Assembly: GCF_016446395.1 (NCBI RefSeq)
Contig: NZ_CP051168.1
Span: forward strand, 3,621,579-3,685,578
Reading direction: 5' to 3'
Source: [Phormidium] sp. ETS-05
GTDB taxonomy: Bacteria; Cyanobacteriota; Cyanobacteriia; Cyanobacteriales; Laspinemataceae
DNA: 64,000 nucleotides
A model generated the notes under the pieces. It did no database searches. It saw only the letters and a program-made list of their open reading frames with translations, and had not been told where the DNA came from. A program made the translations under genes and the position numbers. Below, in pieces: positions 30,434-41,325 of this stretch (its first letter is position 1; each line of letters opens with the position of its first letter).

Positions 30434-33077
30434 TTAGCTGTCACTGCGTGGGGGCAGGGGGTTGACTAAACCGCTGGCGGTACTAAATAAGTTGATGGGG
30501 TTTTTGCCATCGGTAATCAGTACGCTTTGGATGCCAAGACCTTCTAGCAAACGAGCCTGCATTTCTGGGCCTGCTTGAGCGATCGCCCGGAGGGTTTCTG
30601 TCCCGATCGCTGCCACTTTCTCGGCAAATTCCCGGCTAGTAATCTCCGCCATCGCCTGGGCTTTTTGCACTTCCAAATTGCTCAAAGCCTGCTGGTGTGC
30701 CAATTCTGCCTCTTGACGTGCCCTCATTTGCGCCAATTCTGTCTCAGCACGGATGCGGGTCGCTTCGGCTTCTTGTTGCGCCATACTTACGGCTAATTCC
30801 CCTTGAATGCGAGCCGCTTCGGCTTTTGCTCGCGCTGCCGCGATCGCCTCTCCCGTAGATTCAATAGCCGCGTTTTCCGCCTTTGATTCTAGCAGATTTT
30901 TCCGCTGTGCTTCCGAAGCCGCCTTATCAATAATTGCCTGCCTTTCTAACCGGGCTCGCTTCCTGTTCCAACCGCGCCGCATCCTGTCGCGCCGCCGCTT
31001 CTTGAGCATCCGTAGTAATTTTAATCGCCAACTGCACCGATTTCTGTAAACTCTTTAACGTTTCCTCATCCACCGGTTCCACCGATTGAATATCCACGTT
31101 AAAAATCACCAGATTATTCGTCCTGAATCGGAATTCATCGCGCACGTGCCCTTGGTCATCTAAGCCAAACACTGCTTGGCGAATAATCCGCGCCGAATTG
31201 CGGTGAAATTCATCAAAAGAAACACTAGCCACCGCACCCCGCACGCGAGAAGCAATAGCTTTACAAGCCGTATCCACAAAATCAGGCGCTTGAAACAGTT
31301 TGGCCGCCTCATCTTGATTGGTTTTATCTACATTAAAATACCAATTATAAGACAAGCGCAATTGTAACCGGGCGTGGTCTGCAGTTTCCACCGCAAACAA
31401 ATCGGTCATAAAGTCGGGTCCTAACAGCAAAGCCAGAGATTTAATCACATGGGGACGCTTGGGCACTCCTCCCGATAAACTCAGCACCGTAAAGGCTTCG
31501 TCTGGACCTAACATCACCAAATCTGGGCCAAACACAGTCCGGGCAGTTCTTTCCTTATAATCGTGAATCTGTACTGCCGCATTTTGGGGCACGTGAAACA
31601 CCACGGCGCGAGTTTTATCTCTTTGAAAGCTAGATTTCTGCTCGCCATCTTGGCGATATCTGCCCCGTTCAGAAACTGGGTCATTTTTAATCGCCAGCAA
31701 CTCTTCTACGATAGGCGGTACATCTTTTTCCCATAATTCTTCATAGGGACTGAGCATATATGCTCGCGGACCGCTGACTACTTTTAATTCCCCCGTTTGC
31801 ACGTCCCGGACGTAGATGCCTTCATTTTTATCTAAGGGAATGGCTTGGCGTTTTTCTACTACTTCCACCTCCACGCGGGGAATGTATTCTCGCGGTCCGG
31901 ATATCATCCATAAATCCCCCGGTTGACGGTGGATGATTTGGTCGCCTTCACCTTCATCGAAGGCTTCATTAGCCCGGAGTAACAAGGCTTCTTGTTCGCT
32001 GAGGACATAAATTCGGCGAATGCCCTCCGGTTGACCTTCAGAATCATCATCATCCGTATAGTAGGGGATTTCCAACTCTTCTCCGGGATGGAGGAAAAAG
32101 GAGATTCTCCCTTGACGGACTTCTCGTTTCCCTAGTTGCGGTTTGCCCAATTCATCGATGGGGTTGAAGACGATGCACCATTCCCGATCGCTCAGGGTGG
32201 TAATGGGTACTTCTCCCACCACTTCTTCATAGACATCGGGGATATGAATTTCCGCATCTTCTATAGTTACGAGCCATTCATCCCCAGCTTTGCGCCGCCG
32301 TCCGAAAATATCGGTAAAAGTCCGTTTAGCGCGCAAGTGTAAAGCGGTTTGTTCTGTTAATACATAAGCATCAATCAAGTCGATAACTTCTTCATCGACT
32401 CCGGGTAAATAAGAGCCTTCTTCTCTTACCAGCCATTCTTCCCCAGCGCGGCGCCTTTGTCCCGTGCGATCGGTGCAATTTTGTCGCGCCATCAAATGCA
32501 GCGCCTGATTAGGTTTGATAATTATCGCTTTCACCGTAGCGATAACTTCCACTTCCACGCGAGGAATATAAGTTCCTGGACCTTCAAATAGCCATTCATC
32601 CCCCGCCAACTGGTGGATAACGTTGTTTTGATTGTCAGTATAGGATAAATCTCTAATCGCTCGCAACCGCAGAGCTTGATTTCTTTCTACTACCTGCAAA
32701 AGCTGGACTTTTCCCTCGATTTCTTCCCCCGGATATACTGGGAAAGGCTCTTGCTGAAAGCGGATTTCTCGGTCGCCATATCGGAGTTTAATTTGACCGT
32801 GAGTATCCGCTACTGGTTGCCCCGACTCATCCCGCAATACGGGATTTTTTACTACGCAATAATGCCTAGGCGGCACTACGGTCATTTGCTGGGGTGACAT
32901 TACTACCCGTTCTTGGTCTCGCAGAGTAATCGTTTGGGGGCCAACTTCCAAACGGGTAACGCCAGTGTTGTTATCCAAGACGTGAATAAACTGTTGGGGT
33001 TTGAGGCGGATCGATCCCCCAGATATTCCGGGGAGTTCGCTGGGAGTTTCCCCAATGCGATCGGCTTTAGTCATCAA
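30434..33077 (-). CDS. Major vault protein (MVP) homologue, split by a +1 frameshift near 30940-30960 into a 716-aa N-terminal ORF and a 191-aa C-terminal ORF.
   Basis: The N-terminus ...[53 protein letters not shown]... mirrors the eukaryotic MVP N-terminus (...YIHVLDQN..VEVGPKTY...VPPRHYC..). Multiple MVP repeat units follow. The second ORF is the Ala/Glu/Arg/Gln-rich cap-helix coiled coil. The combined length of about 880 aa matches MVP. Confidence 0.75.
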
Positions 33078-33400
33078 GTTTCCTCAGCCATGATTGGAAT
33101 TGTCTTCTGATTTATTCTAGCCTTGGCTCTATTTTTTCGTCGATAAATATTAATTAACTTTTGTTACATTTTGGCGCAAATAGATAGATTTGTAGGTTGG
33201 ATCCGCCATCGACGAAACCCAACCTACAGATTTTGGCTAAGAGCTGATTTATAAAGTACATCTTGAAGGACATCGGCGCATGAAAGCGTCAAGGATCCCC
33301 CCCTGCCCCCCCTTAAAAAAGGGGGGGAATTTCTACAGCCCCCCTTAAACAGGGGTTGGGGGATCCAGATTTTCTTTATGAATCAGCTCTAATAACGGGG

Positions 33401-34381
33401 TTAGATGATGGCGAGAGAAATCATCAGGGCATGGAGGTTATCCCCGAAGGCGGTAGTTATCTCATGGGTGATGGGCAGGCTATCAACTACCATCCCTGCA
33501 GAAAGCAGCATGAGATAAAGGATGGAGTATTTGAATAAACTGCGGGCGAGCTGCTTGTCTTCCGGTTCGCGCAATAGTTGCCATGCTTTGAGGGCGAAGA
33601 TGGCGCCCAGCCAAAGGGCGATGCTGGCGTAAACCACACCGCTGGCGTGGAGGGGATAAACCAGGAGGAAGGTGGAGGGGAGCATCACTAGGGTGTAGAG
33701 CCAAATTTGCTGGGCGGTGGGTTGGCAACCAGCGATCGCCGGGAGCATGGGGACTCCGACTCCGGCGTATTCATCCCGGATCATCATGGCGAGAGCCCAG
33801 AAGTGGGGGGGAGTCCAGAGAAAGACGATCGCGAACATTGCCCAAGCTGGCCAACTGAGGTCCCCGGTGACGGCGGCCCAGCCCACGAGAGGGGGAATAG
33901 CACCCGCTGCACCCCCGATGACGATATTTTGGGCGGTGTGGCGTTTCAGCCAGTGGGTGTAAACCAGGACATAACAGACAATACCGGACATTGCCAACAA
34001 AGCGGCGAGCAGGTTGGCAAAGATGGTGAGCAAACTAAAGGATGCGGCGGCGAGAGCCATAGCGAAGATGAGAGCATCCCGAGGCTGTACCCTACCGGAG
34101 GGGATGGGCCGCTTTCGGGTGCGTTCCATAATATAGTCGATGTCTCTGTCGTAGAGACAGTTAATGGTATTGGCGGATGCAGCGGCTAAGGCGCCACCAG
34201 TAATAGTCACCAATAGCAGCAAGGGGTCCACTTCGCCTTTGGCGGCGACCCACATGGCGGCGGCGGTGGAGATGAGCAGGAGCAGGATGATGCGTGGTTT
34301 GGTGAGTTGGTAATAACTCTGCAGCACCTGGATGAGATTTTGATGGTGTCTGATAACGGGGCGATCGATTATTTCTTGCAT
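33401..34381 (-). CDS. ctaB: Protoheme IX farnesyltransferase (heme O synthase).
   Basis: [46 protein letters not shown]... is a UbiA-family polytopic protein with CyoE/CtaB motifs ([20 protein letters not shown]). The listed ORF's first 23 aa are a translated STRR array. Confidence 0.85.
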   Translation of the reverse strand: MQEIIDRPVIRHHQNLIQVLQSYYQLTKPRIILLLLISTAAAMWVAAKGEVDPLLLLVTITGGALAAASANTINCLYDRDIDYIMERTRKRPIPSGRVQPRDALIFAMALAAASFSLLTIFANLLAALLAMSGIVCYVLVYTHWLKRHTAQNIVIGGAAGAIPPLVGWAAVTGDLSWPAWAMFAIVFLWTPPHFWALAMMIRDEYAGVGVPMLPAIAGCQPTAQQIWLYTLVMLPSTFLLVYPLHASGVVYASIALWLGAIFALKAWQLLREPEDKQLARSLFKYSILYLMLLSAGMVVDSLPITHEITTAFGDNLHALMISLAII

Positions 34382-34397
34382 CGGTTTTATTCCTAAA

Positions 34398-34580
34398 CAG
34401 CTTGTGGTTTGTCCTTTGTCATTTGTCACTTGTCCTTTGTCCTTTGTCACTTGTTACTTGTCACTTGTATGAATAAAAAATCCCAAAGGACAAAATAATC
34501 CCTACCCAAGGACAAAGGACAAATGACAAAGGACAAATGACAAAGGACAAATGACAAAGGACAAAGGACAAAGGACAAAG
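34398..34580. repeat. STRR inverted-repeat array between ctaB and ctaA.
   Basis: Read directly from the sequence. Confidence 0.9.
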
Positions 34581-34588
34581 GACAAAAA

Positions 34589-35518
34589 TTAATCCCGCAT
34601 CGCCAGGGTGGCGAATACGACCAAAGTGCCCAACAAGGCGGCCCCGGTGGTGTGGTGAGCGACGGTGAGGGGTTCGACTTGCAGGTGGAGGTAGAAGGTG
34701 GCGACGCCTAAACTAATTTGGCAAACCAGCAAAGTGGTGGCGGCGATCGCGAGACGGCCCAGAGTGGGATGGAGGTTTTGGTGCGCCAAGCCATGACGGC
34801 GAGGGTAAGGATGGCGGTGGTGGGGAAGACTACCCCGATGATGTGGCTGTGCATCACTGTGCATAGCTGCTGGTAGCCAAAGCATTGGTGTAAAGCCCAT
34901 TGGGAGGCGACTAGACCGCCGGAGATGCTTTGCAGATACACCAGGATGGCGCTACCAACTGCCACCCAGGGGAGTTTAGATCCCCCAACCCCCTTTTAAA
35001 GGGGGGGAAATGACGCCGGTGCCTTCATAGGGGGTGAGTGCGGCGGCGATCGTCAATAAGGTGATGAAAAATAACAAAGCGGTGCCCAAATGAGCGGTGA
35101 CAATATCAAACCGCAGCAGCTCAGTCACGGTGAGCCCGCCCAAAACCCCTTGAAACACGATTAAACCGAGGGCACCCGTGGCGGCCCAAGGTAGCCAACT
35201 GGGCAAGTGGCGGCGATACCACCAGCTACCCCCTGCGAGAGCAATGGCCATAATGCCAATTAGGGAAGCATCGAGGCGGTGAAACCATTCTAAGAACACT
35301 TGCAGATTCATTTGCCGAGCGGGCAATAATTCCCCGTAGCACAGGGGCCAGTCAGGGCAAGCTAGTCCCGCATTCATCACCCGCGTGGCGCTACCCACCG
35401 CCATGAGTAACAGGGTGGCAATAGCGATTTTCCAGACAAAACCACGGATCCGCTGTTGGGTTAAGGTGCTGTCACTGTTGGTAGTTGCCTGCTTCGGCTC
35501 CATCACTGAGTTAGCCAT
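34589..35518 (-). CDS. ctaA: Heme A synthase (CtaA/COX15), disrupted. An inserted GC-clamp palindromic element introduces a stop, and at least one further frameshift follows.
   Basis: Three consecutive minus ORFs in three frames (34976-35518, 34708-34965, 34589-34900) all look like COX15 transmembrane segments with conserved His (e.g. LACPDWPLCYG, TVMHSHIIGV, LTVAHHTTGA). The first ends inside the palindromic repeat at 34978-35010. Confidence 0.6.
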
Positions 35519-35914
35519 AGGCTGTTTTTCCCCTCAATTTACACCAAACTTAATTTATCTGTGAGTTTTGACTCTTAGGTTAACTCCCCCTCCGCCTCTG
35601 TGGGAGAATTTGCTTCATACCAGCTTAATCAGGCTTTTGGGATTGGCAGTGGGTTTTATAATTTTTTCGGGATTGTTACAATTAGTGCCTCGGTGCATTG
35701 GGACTATTGCCGTCTGAGTTAATATAACTTGGGATTTTTCCGCCATAAATGGAACACAGGGGACAAAGACAATGCCGGATCCCGAATAAATTCTAAAGAT
35801 TTGTCACAACGTCGTCCCGCTCCGGATACCTGCTTTACCGTTGTTAGGGGATGGATATGCAAAAATTGCTAAGTTTAAGTCTGAACATCTGTTCTGGCTG
35901 TATGGGCGGTGTTT

Positions 35915-36045
35915 GGGCTTCAGCCCAACTACAAACCCAAGATGGGCTTCAGCCCAACTACGAACCTCATAAGTTACGTGATATTTGGGCTTCAGCCCAA
36001 CTACGAACCAAAAGAGGGCTTCAGCCCAACTACGAACCATTCGAT
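35915..36045. promoter_or_regulatory. Four direct copies of a 23-nt motif GGGCTTCAGCCCAACTAC(A/G)AACC, each with a GGGC-TTCA-GCCC mini-hairpin, in the ctaC leader.
   Basis: Copies near 35923, 35951, 35994 and 36023, with spacers of 5, 20 and 6 nt. Confidence 0.6.
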
Positions 36046-36077
36046 AGGCGAGGGGTTTCAATTGAGGAGGTTATGAT

Positions 36078-37091
36078 TTGAAGATACCGAATGCTATAAC
36101 TGCGATGCTTGCGGGCATCGTCTTAACCCTGGCGAGTCTCTGGTTTGGTCAAAATCACGGTCTGATGCCAGTGGCTGCCTCAGAAGAGGCCCCCTTGGTG
36201 GATGGTCTGTTTAATGCGATGATGACGATCGCCGCCGGTCTGTTTATCCTGGTGCAGGGAGCGCTGGTGATTTCGATTATCAAATTCCGGAAGCGTCCGG
36301 GGGATGAAACCGATGCGCCGCCAGTGGATGGCAACCTATCCCTGGAAATTGTCTGGACCGCTATCCCGGTAGTCATAGTCTTGGGTCTGAGTGTATATAG
36401 TTTTGAGGTGTACAACACGATGGGGGGTCTCGACCCGATGGCATCCCACGACCACGGCCCCCACCAGATGGCTATGACTAGCGGGTCTGCCATAGCTGCT
36501 CCCCTTCCTGGCAGTGAAGATGCGATACCACCGGCGAAAGAAGAGAAAATCGCCCTAGGGGTAGGCGCTTCCCCGGAAAACCAAGGGAACCCCGCCGATT
36601 TAGAAGTGAATGTGCTGGGTTTACAATTTGCCTGGATTTTTACTTATCCTGAAAGCGGCGTTGTTTCTGGCGAACTGCATATCCCTGCTGGCAAAGAAGT
36701 TCAGCTCAACATTGCGGCTCAAGATGTTCTCCATGCCTTCTGGGTGCCGCAGTTCCGCCTGAAACAAGATGCGATTCCCGCACGGACTACGGAACTGCGG
36801 TTTAAACCAAAAACTCCGGGAGATTATCCGATCGTCTGTGCGGAACTCTGCGGCGCCTATCATGGGGCAATGCAGACTCGGGTATTGGTGGAAACGCCAG
36901 AAGATTTCGAGGCTTGGTTGCAAACCCAAATCGCTCTCCAGAAGGATGCGGCGTCTCAAACTGTGGCCATGAACCCGGGCGAATTATCCGATGGGGAGTT
37001 TTTGGCTCCTTTTGTTAGGGATATGGGGATTAATTCTGCAGCTTTGGAGCAGTTGCACCCAGCAGCTCACCACGAACATCACAATAGTTAG
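36078..37091 (+). CDS. ctaC: Cytochrome c oxidase subunit II.
   Basis: CuA centre HAFWVPQFRLKQDAIP...CAELCGAYHGAMQ. Two N-terminal TM helices. Confidence 0.9.
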   Translation: MKIPNAITAMLAGIVLTLASLWFGQNHGLMPVAASEEAPLVDGLFNAMMTIAAGLFILVQGALVISIIKFRKRPGDETDAPPVDGNLSLEIVWTAIPVVIVLGLSVYSFEVYNTMGGLDPMASHDHGPHQMAMTSGSAIAAPLPGSEDAIPPAKEEKIALGVGASPENQGNPADLEVNVLGLQFAWIFTYPESGVVSGELHIPAGKEVQLNIAAQDVLHAFWVPQFRLKQDAIPARTTELRFKPKTPGDYPIVCAELCGAYHGAMQTRVLVETPEDFEAWLQTQIALQKDAASQTVAMNPGELSDGEFLAPFVRDMGINSAALEQLHPAAHHEHHNS

Positions 37092-37220
37092 CTAGGAAGA
37101 TAAAATCCGGTTAATTACCCAGACTAACCTCTCCCTAAACTCCTCTACTCCCCTCTCCCTGTTTGGCAGAGGGGGCGGGGGTGAGGGGTTTTGAGAGCCT
37201 CATTTGTGCAAAAAAGATAA

Positions 37221-38900
37221 TTGATTATGACAACTACAGGAATCGAAACCACGATGAAGCCGCCAGAGCCTGACGAGGCAAGTAATGGCAATAATTGGCG
37301 AAAATACTTTGGCTTTAGCACTGACCACAAGGTGATTGGGATTCAATATCTTGTCACCAGCTTTTTGTTTTACTTGATTGGTGGTCTGTTGGCGGAAGGT
37401 GTGCGGGTGGAACTGGCAACCCCAGACCCGGATTTTGTGGACCCACAGCTTTATAATGGGTTGTTTACGGTTCACGCCACGGTGATGATTTTCCTGTGGA
37501 TTGTGCCAGCAACGGCGGGTTTTGCTAATTATGTGATTCCCCTGGCGATCGGGGCAAAAGACATGGCCTTCCCTCGGTTGAATGGGGTGGGTTTTTGGTT
37601 GATTCCCCCAGGAGGAATTTTGCTCCTATCCAGCTTTTTTGTGGGCGCGCCTGCAGCGGGTTGGACTTCTTATCCCCCTTTAAGTGTGGTGGGGGAAAAA
37701 GGCGGCCAGTTACTGTGGATTCTCAGCGTGTTGGTGCTGGGAACTTCATCGATTTTGGGTGCGATAAATTTTCTCTCTACGATTCTGAAAATGCGCATCC
37801 GAGAGATGGAGCTAAATGATATGCCCTTGTTTTGTTGGGCAATGCTGGCGGCTTCGGCGCTGATTTTGGTGTCAACGCCGGTGCTGGCGGGGGCGCTGAT
37901 TTTGCTCTGTTTTGATTTGATGGCGGGTACTCCTTTCTTTAACCCAATGGCTGGCGGAGACCCGGTGGTTTACCAGCATATGTTCTGGTTTTATTCCCAC
38001 CCGGCGGTTTATATTATGATTCTGCCAGTGTTTGGGATGATTTCAGAAATTATCCCGGTTCACGCTCGCAAGCCGATTTTTGGTTATCAGGCGATCGCTT
38101 ATTCCAGTCTCGCTATCAGCTTCTTGGGTCTCATCGTCTGGGCTCACCATATGTTCACCAGTGGGACTCCCGGCTGGTTGCGGATGTTCTTTATGATTGC
38201 CACAATGGCGATCGCTGTCCCCACCGGTATCAAAGTCTTTAGCTGGGTTGCCACCATTTGGGGGGGCAAACTCCGTCTCAATAGCGCCATGTTATTCGCG
38301 ATCGGGTTCGTCTCTATGTTCCTCGTGGGTGGACTCAGCGGCGTCATGCTCGCCTCGGTTCCCTTTGATATCCACGTTCACGATACCTATTTCATCGTCG
38401 CTCACCTCCACTACGTTCTATTTGGCGGTAGCGTTTTCGGCATTTACGCCGGTGTTTACCACTGGTTCCCCAAAATGACCGGGCGGATGATGAACGAATT
38501 TTGGGGCAAAGTTCATTTCTTCCTCACCTTTTTCGGTTTTAACCTTTGCTTCTTACCCATGCACTGGTTGGGGCTCCAAGGTATGCCTCGCCGCGTTGCC
38601 CAATACAACCCAGAATTTGCCACGGTGAATATGGTTTGTACTGTGGGCTCTTTCATTTTGGCCATTTCTACTCTGCCTTTTCTGTTTAACGCGATTTGGA
38701 GCTGGATAGCCGGACCAAAAGCCTCTGCTAATCCCTGGCGGGCTCTAACTTTAGAGTGGCAGACTTCTTCTCCTCCTCCGGTAGAAAACTTTCTCGAGGA
38801 ACCGGTTTTGTGGTCTGGTCCTTATGAGTACGGCATTGATACCCTCTATGACCGTCAGTCTGCCGATGAATTGCTCGCAGAAGTGAAAGGGGAAGTTTGA
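37221..38900 (+). CDS. ctaD: Cytochrome c oxidase subunit I.
   Basis: 559 aa, 12 TM helices, canonical heme-copper oxidase motifs (WFFGHPEVY-like FWFYSHPAVYIMILPVFG, HHMF). Confidence 0.95.
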   Translation: MIMTTTGIETTMKPPEPDEASNGNNWRKYFGFSTDHKVIGIQYLVTSFLFYLIGGLLAEGVRVELATPDPDFVDPQLYNGLFTVHATVMIFLWIVPATAGFANYVIPLAIGAKDMAFPRLNGVGFWLIPPGGILLLSSFFVGAPAAGWTSYPPLSVVGEKGGQLLWILSVLVLGTSSILGAINFLSTILKMRIREMELNDMPLFCWAMLAASALILVSTPVLAGALILLCFDLMAGTPFFNPMAGGDPVVYQHMFWFYSHPAVYIMILPVFGMISEIIPVHARKPIFGYQAIAYSSLAISFLGLIVWAHHMFTSGTPGWLRMFFMIATMAIAVPTGIKVFSWVATIWGGKLRLNSAMLFAIGFVSMFLVGGLSGVMLASVPFDIHVHDTYFIVAHLHYVLFGGSVFGIYAGVYHWFPKMTGRMMNEFWGKVHFFLTFFGFNLCFLPMHWLGLQGMPRRVAQYNPEFATVNMVCTVGSFILAISTLPFLFNAIWSWIAGPKASANPWRALTLEWQTSSPPPVENFLEEPVLWSGPYEYGIDTLYDRQSADELLAEVKGEV

Positions 38901-39050
38901 TTTTTGTCCTTTGTCCTTTGTCATTTGTCCTTTGTCATTTGTCATTTGTCCTTTGTCCCTTGTCACTTGTAACTTGTATTCACAAAAAATGACAAATCTC
39001 ACTTGTATGACAAAACAAAGGACAAAGGACAAATGACAAATGACCAATTT
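38900..39050. repeat. STRR inverted-repeat array between ctaD and ctaE.
   Basis: Read directly from the sequence. Confidence 0.9.
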
Positions 39051-39075
39051 GTAGTTTTCAAATAGGCGTAAATTC

Positions 39076-39702
39076 ATGCAAGGTTCTGCGATTGAAACTT
39101 CTCAAACAACTGTAGATATGCAGCATGGTCACGGCCATGCTGCGGCTCATCACGAAGCACATCCCGACCACCGCATTTTTGGCATTGTCTTGTTTCTAAT
39201 TGCGGAGTCGATGATATTTTTGGGCTTGTTTGCTGCTTATCTGACTTTCCGCGCTGTCTCCCCGGAATGGCCCCCAGAAGGGACGCCGGAAATGGAGCTA
39301 TTACTGCCGGGAATCAACACGATTATCCTGATTTCTAGCAGTTTTGTGATGAATCAAGGCAATGCCGCAATCAAGCAAAATAATGTGGGCGGTATGCGCG
39401 CTTGGTTTGGTGCTACGGCTTTGATGGGTGTGGTGTTCTTGTGCGGTCAGCTTTATGAGTATTTCCACACCGGTTTCGGTCTCACGGATAATATTTTTAC
39501 CAGCACTTTTTACGTCCTTACTGGTTTCCACGGTTTGCACGTCTGTTTTGGTTTGATGTTGATTTTGGCGGTGATGTGGCGATCGCTCAAGGCCGATCGC
39601 TATTCCAGCGCCAGCCACTTCGGTCCCGAAGCCGCCGAACTTTACTGGCACTTCGTCGATGTGGTGTGGATCGTCCTTTTCCTCATCTTGTACCTGCTCT
39701 GA
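39076..39702 (+). CDS. ctaE: Cytochrome c oxidase subunit III.
   Basis: ...HHEAHPDHRIFGIVLFLIAESMIFLGLFAAYLTFR... is typical subunit III. Confidence 0.9.
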   Translation: MQGSAIETSQTTVDMQHGHGHAAAHHEAHPDHRIFGIVLFLIAESMIFLGLFAAYLTFRAVSPEWPPEGTPEMELLLPGINTIILISSSFVMNQGNAAIKQNNVGGMRAWFGATALMGVVFLCGQLYEYFHTGFGLTDNIFTSTFYVLTGFHGLHVCFGLMLILAVMWRSLKADRYSSASHFGPEAAELYWHFVDVVWIVLFLILYLL

Positions 39703-39894
39703 ACTCTACCAGGTAACTTACCTCAACTAGAAACCGGGTTTCTGCCTAGAAACCCGGTTTCTGCCTATTTTTGGCGATTTCTGGCGGTTTGTGGCAACGG
39801 AAAAAATTTTTCGCGTACCCCTTGACAGCCCCAGCTTTATCCACTATACTACTATATAGTGATATATATGCTCAGCCTGCTTCGGAGAACTCTT

Positions 39895-40437
39895 ATGACT
39901 TTATCCCTAGAGCCAAAAATCCACGACATCGACGCCACCACCCTCAAGCAATGGTTGGATAGGGAAGAAGTGCTGCTAGTGGATGTGCGCGAACCCGCAG
40001 AATACGCCGGGGAACATATTCCCGGGGCGCAACTGATGCCTTTATCCGGGTTTAACCCCGCGAAGCTACCCCAAAATGGGAGCAAAAAGCTGGTGTTGCA
40101 TTGTCAGTCGGGCCGCCGGTCCTACCGCGCTGCGCAGCTACTCCTAGAAGCTGGTTTCCCGGACGTGACGCAACTGCAAGGTGGACTCACGGCGTGGAAA
40201 GCTGCTGGTTATCGGACTTTAATTAATAAAAAAGCCCCAATTAGTTTGATGCGGCAAGTGCAGATTGTGGCCGGTTCTTTGGTATTTATCGGCACGACTT
40301 TAGGCGCTTTTGTCTCGCCTGGTTTTTTGATTCTCAGTGGGTTTGTAGGGTGTGGTTTGGTCTTTGCTGGGGTCACGGATACTTGTATGATGGCGCAGCT
40401 TTTGGCCAAGTTGCCTTATAATCAAGTTAAGAATTAA
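39895..40437 (+). CDS. Rhodanese-domain sulfurtransferase fused to a C-terminal membrane domain (YgaP/DUF2892-like).
   Basis: Rhodanese active-site loop LHCQSGRRS. C-terminal hydrophobic helices (IVAGSLVFIGTTLGAFVSPGFLILSGFVGCGLVFAGV). The start is taken at MTLSLEPK. Confidence 0.7.
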   Translation: MTLSLEPKIHDIDATTLKQWLDREEVLLVDVREPAEYAGEHIPGAQLMPLSGFNPAKLPQNGSKKLVLHCQSGRRSYRAAQLLLEAGFPDVTQLQGGLTAWKAAGYRTLINKKAPISLMRQVQIVAGSLVFIGTTLGAFVSPGFLILSGFVGCGLVFAGVTDTCMMAQLLAKLPYNQVKN

Positions 40438-40613
40438 GTTTTTTGTCCTTTGTCCTTTGTCCTTTGTTATCAAAATGTAGGGGCACGGCATCATTAATCT
40501 GGAGGATTGACGAAAAATATTAATAACGCCGTGCCCCCTGTTTTGGGTAGTATAGCCCACCCTACTACTTTAAAAGGACAAAGGACAAAGGACTAATGAC
40601 CAATGACCAATAT

Positions 40614-41096
40614 TTAACGTTCTAACAGGTCAATCAGAAATTTTTTAGAGCCATTGGCTTCAGGGCGAAAGCCTAGGGGACAGATCAACAGCCCAACCAG
40701 AAACATCCCCAATGGTGTCAAATAGGTGGGATCAAAGGTGGCACTGGAGAAAGCGGCAATTAACACCCCCACGGCGGCTTGTCCCACCACACTCAACCAA
40801 ATTGCCATAAAAACCATCACAAATGGGTGCATGGTCATTTCAATATGAATTTTACTGCCTGTGCCGTCAGGGTAAATGCGGCCTTTGATGACCGGGATAA
40901 AAGAGTTGCGATAATTGATAATCCGGCTAATCTCGAAATAACTCTCACTAATTTTCCCTTGGTATGGTTTATCCGGCTTGGTCATTCCCCATCGGATATT
41001 GCGGCTGGGAGGTTCTACGACTGAGATTAACTTTTCTCGGACGATATCGGGAGGCAGAGCGGTGGTGATGGTGAAACGCTCGAACGGGAAAATCAT
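40614..41096 (-). CDS. Hypothetical membrane protein.
   Basis: 160 aa with two C-terminal TM helices and no motif. Confidence 0.4.
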   Translation of the reverse strand: MIFPFERFTITTALPPDIVREKLISVVEPPSRNIRWGMTKPDKPYQGKISESYFEISRIINYRNSFIPVIKGRIYPDGTGSKIHIEMTMHPFVMVFMAIWLSVVGQAAVGVLIAAFSSATFDPTYLTPLGMFLVGLLICPLGFRPEANGSKKFLIDLLER

Positions 41097-41325
41097 ACCT
41101 CGCCCTCAAATGCGCTCTCCCCATTCTGGCACAAAAGTTCGGAGTTGAGCTTTAGCCGAAAAGGGGACGGGGAGACGGGGGGACGGGGGGACTTCTGGAC
41201 CAGGGGACTAGGGGACGGGGAGACCAGGGGACCAGGGGACGGGGGGACCAGGGGACTGGGGACCGTCACCCCCTCACCCCGTCTCCCCGTCCCTTTGGGT
41301 GTTGGGTTTCGTTCCTCAACCCAAC

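Noticed and set aside
29464-33077. Functional link between ccmK3/ccmK4 and the MVP homologue (a shared 'compartment' operon).
   Set aside because: The genes are on opposite strands and separated by a STRR hairpin. ccmK3-ccmK4 is a conserved stand-alone pair in cyanobacteria. The adjacency is noted but probably coincidental.
33707-34189. 160-aa plus-strand ORF antisense to ctaB.
   Set aside because: It lies wholly within the strongly supported ctaB coding region and shows a Gly/Asp/Ser-rich off-frame composition.
35915-36045. Possible mini-CRISPR array (four direct repeats with spacers).
   Set aside because: The repeats are only 23 nt and the spacers 5-20 nt and irregular. There are no cas genes nearby. 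The array sits in a 5' leader, so it is better explained as a regulatory repeat.
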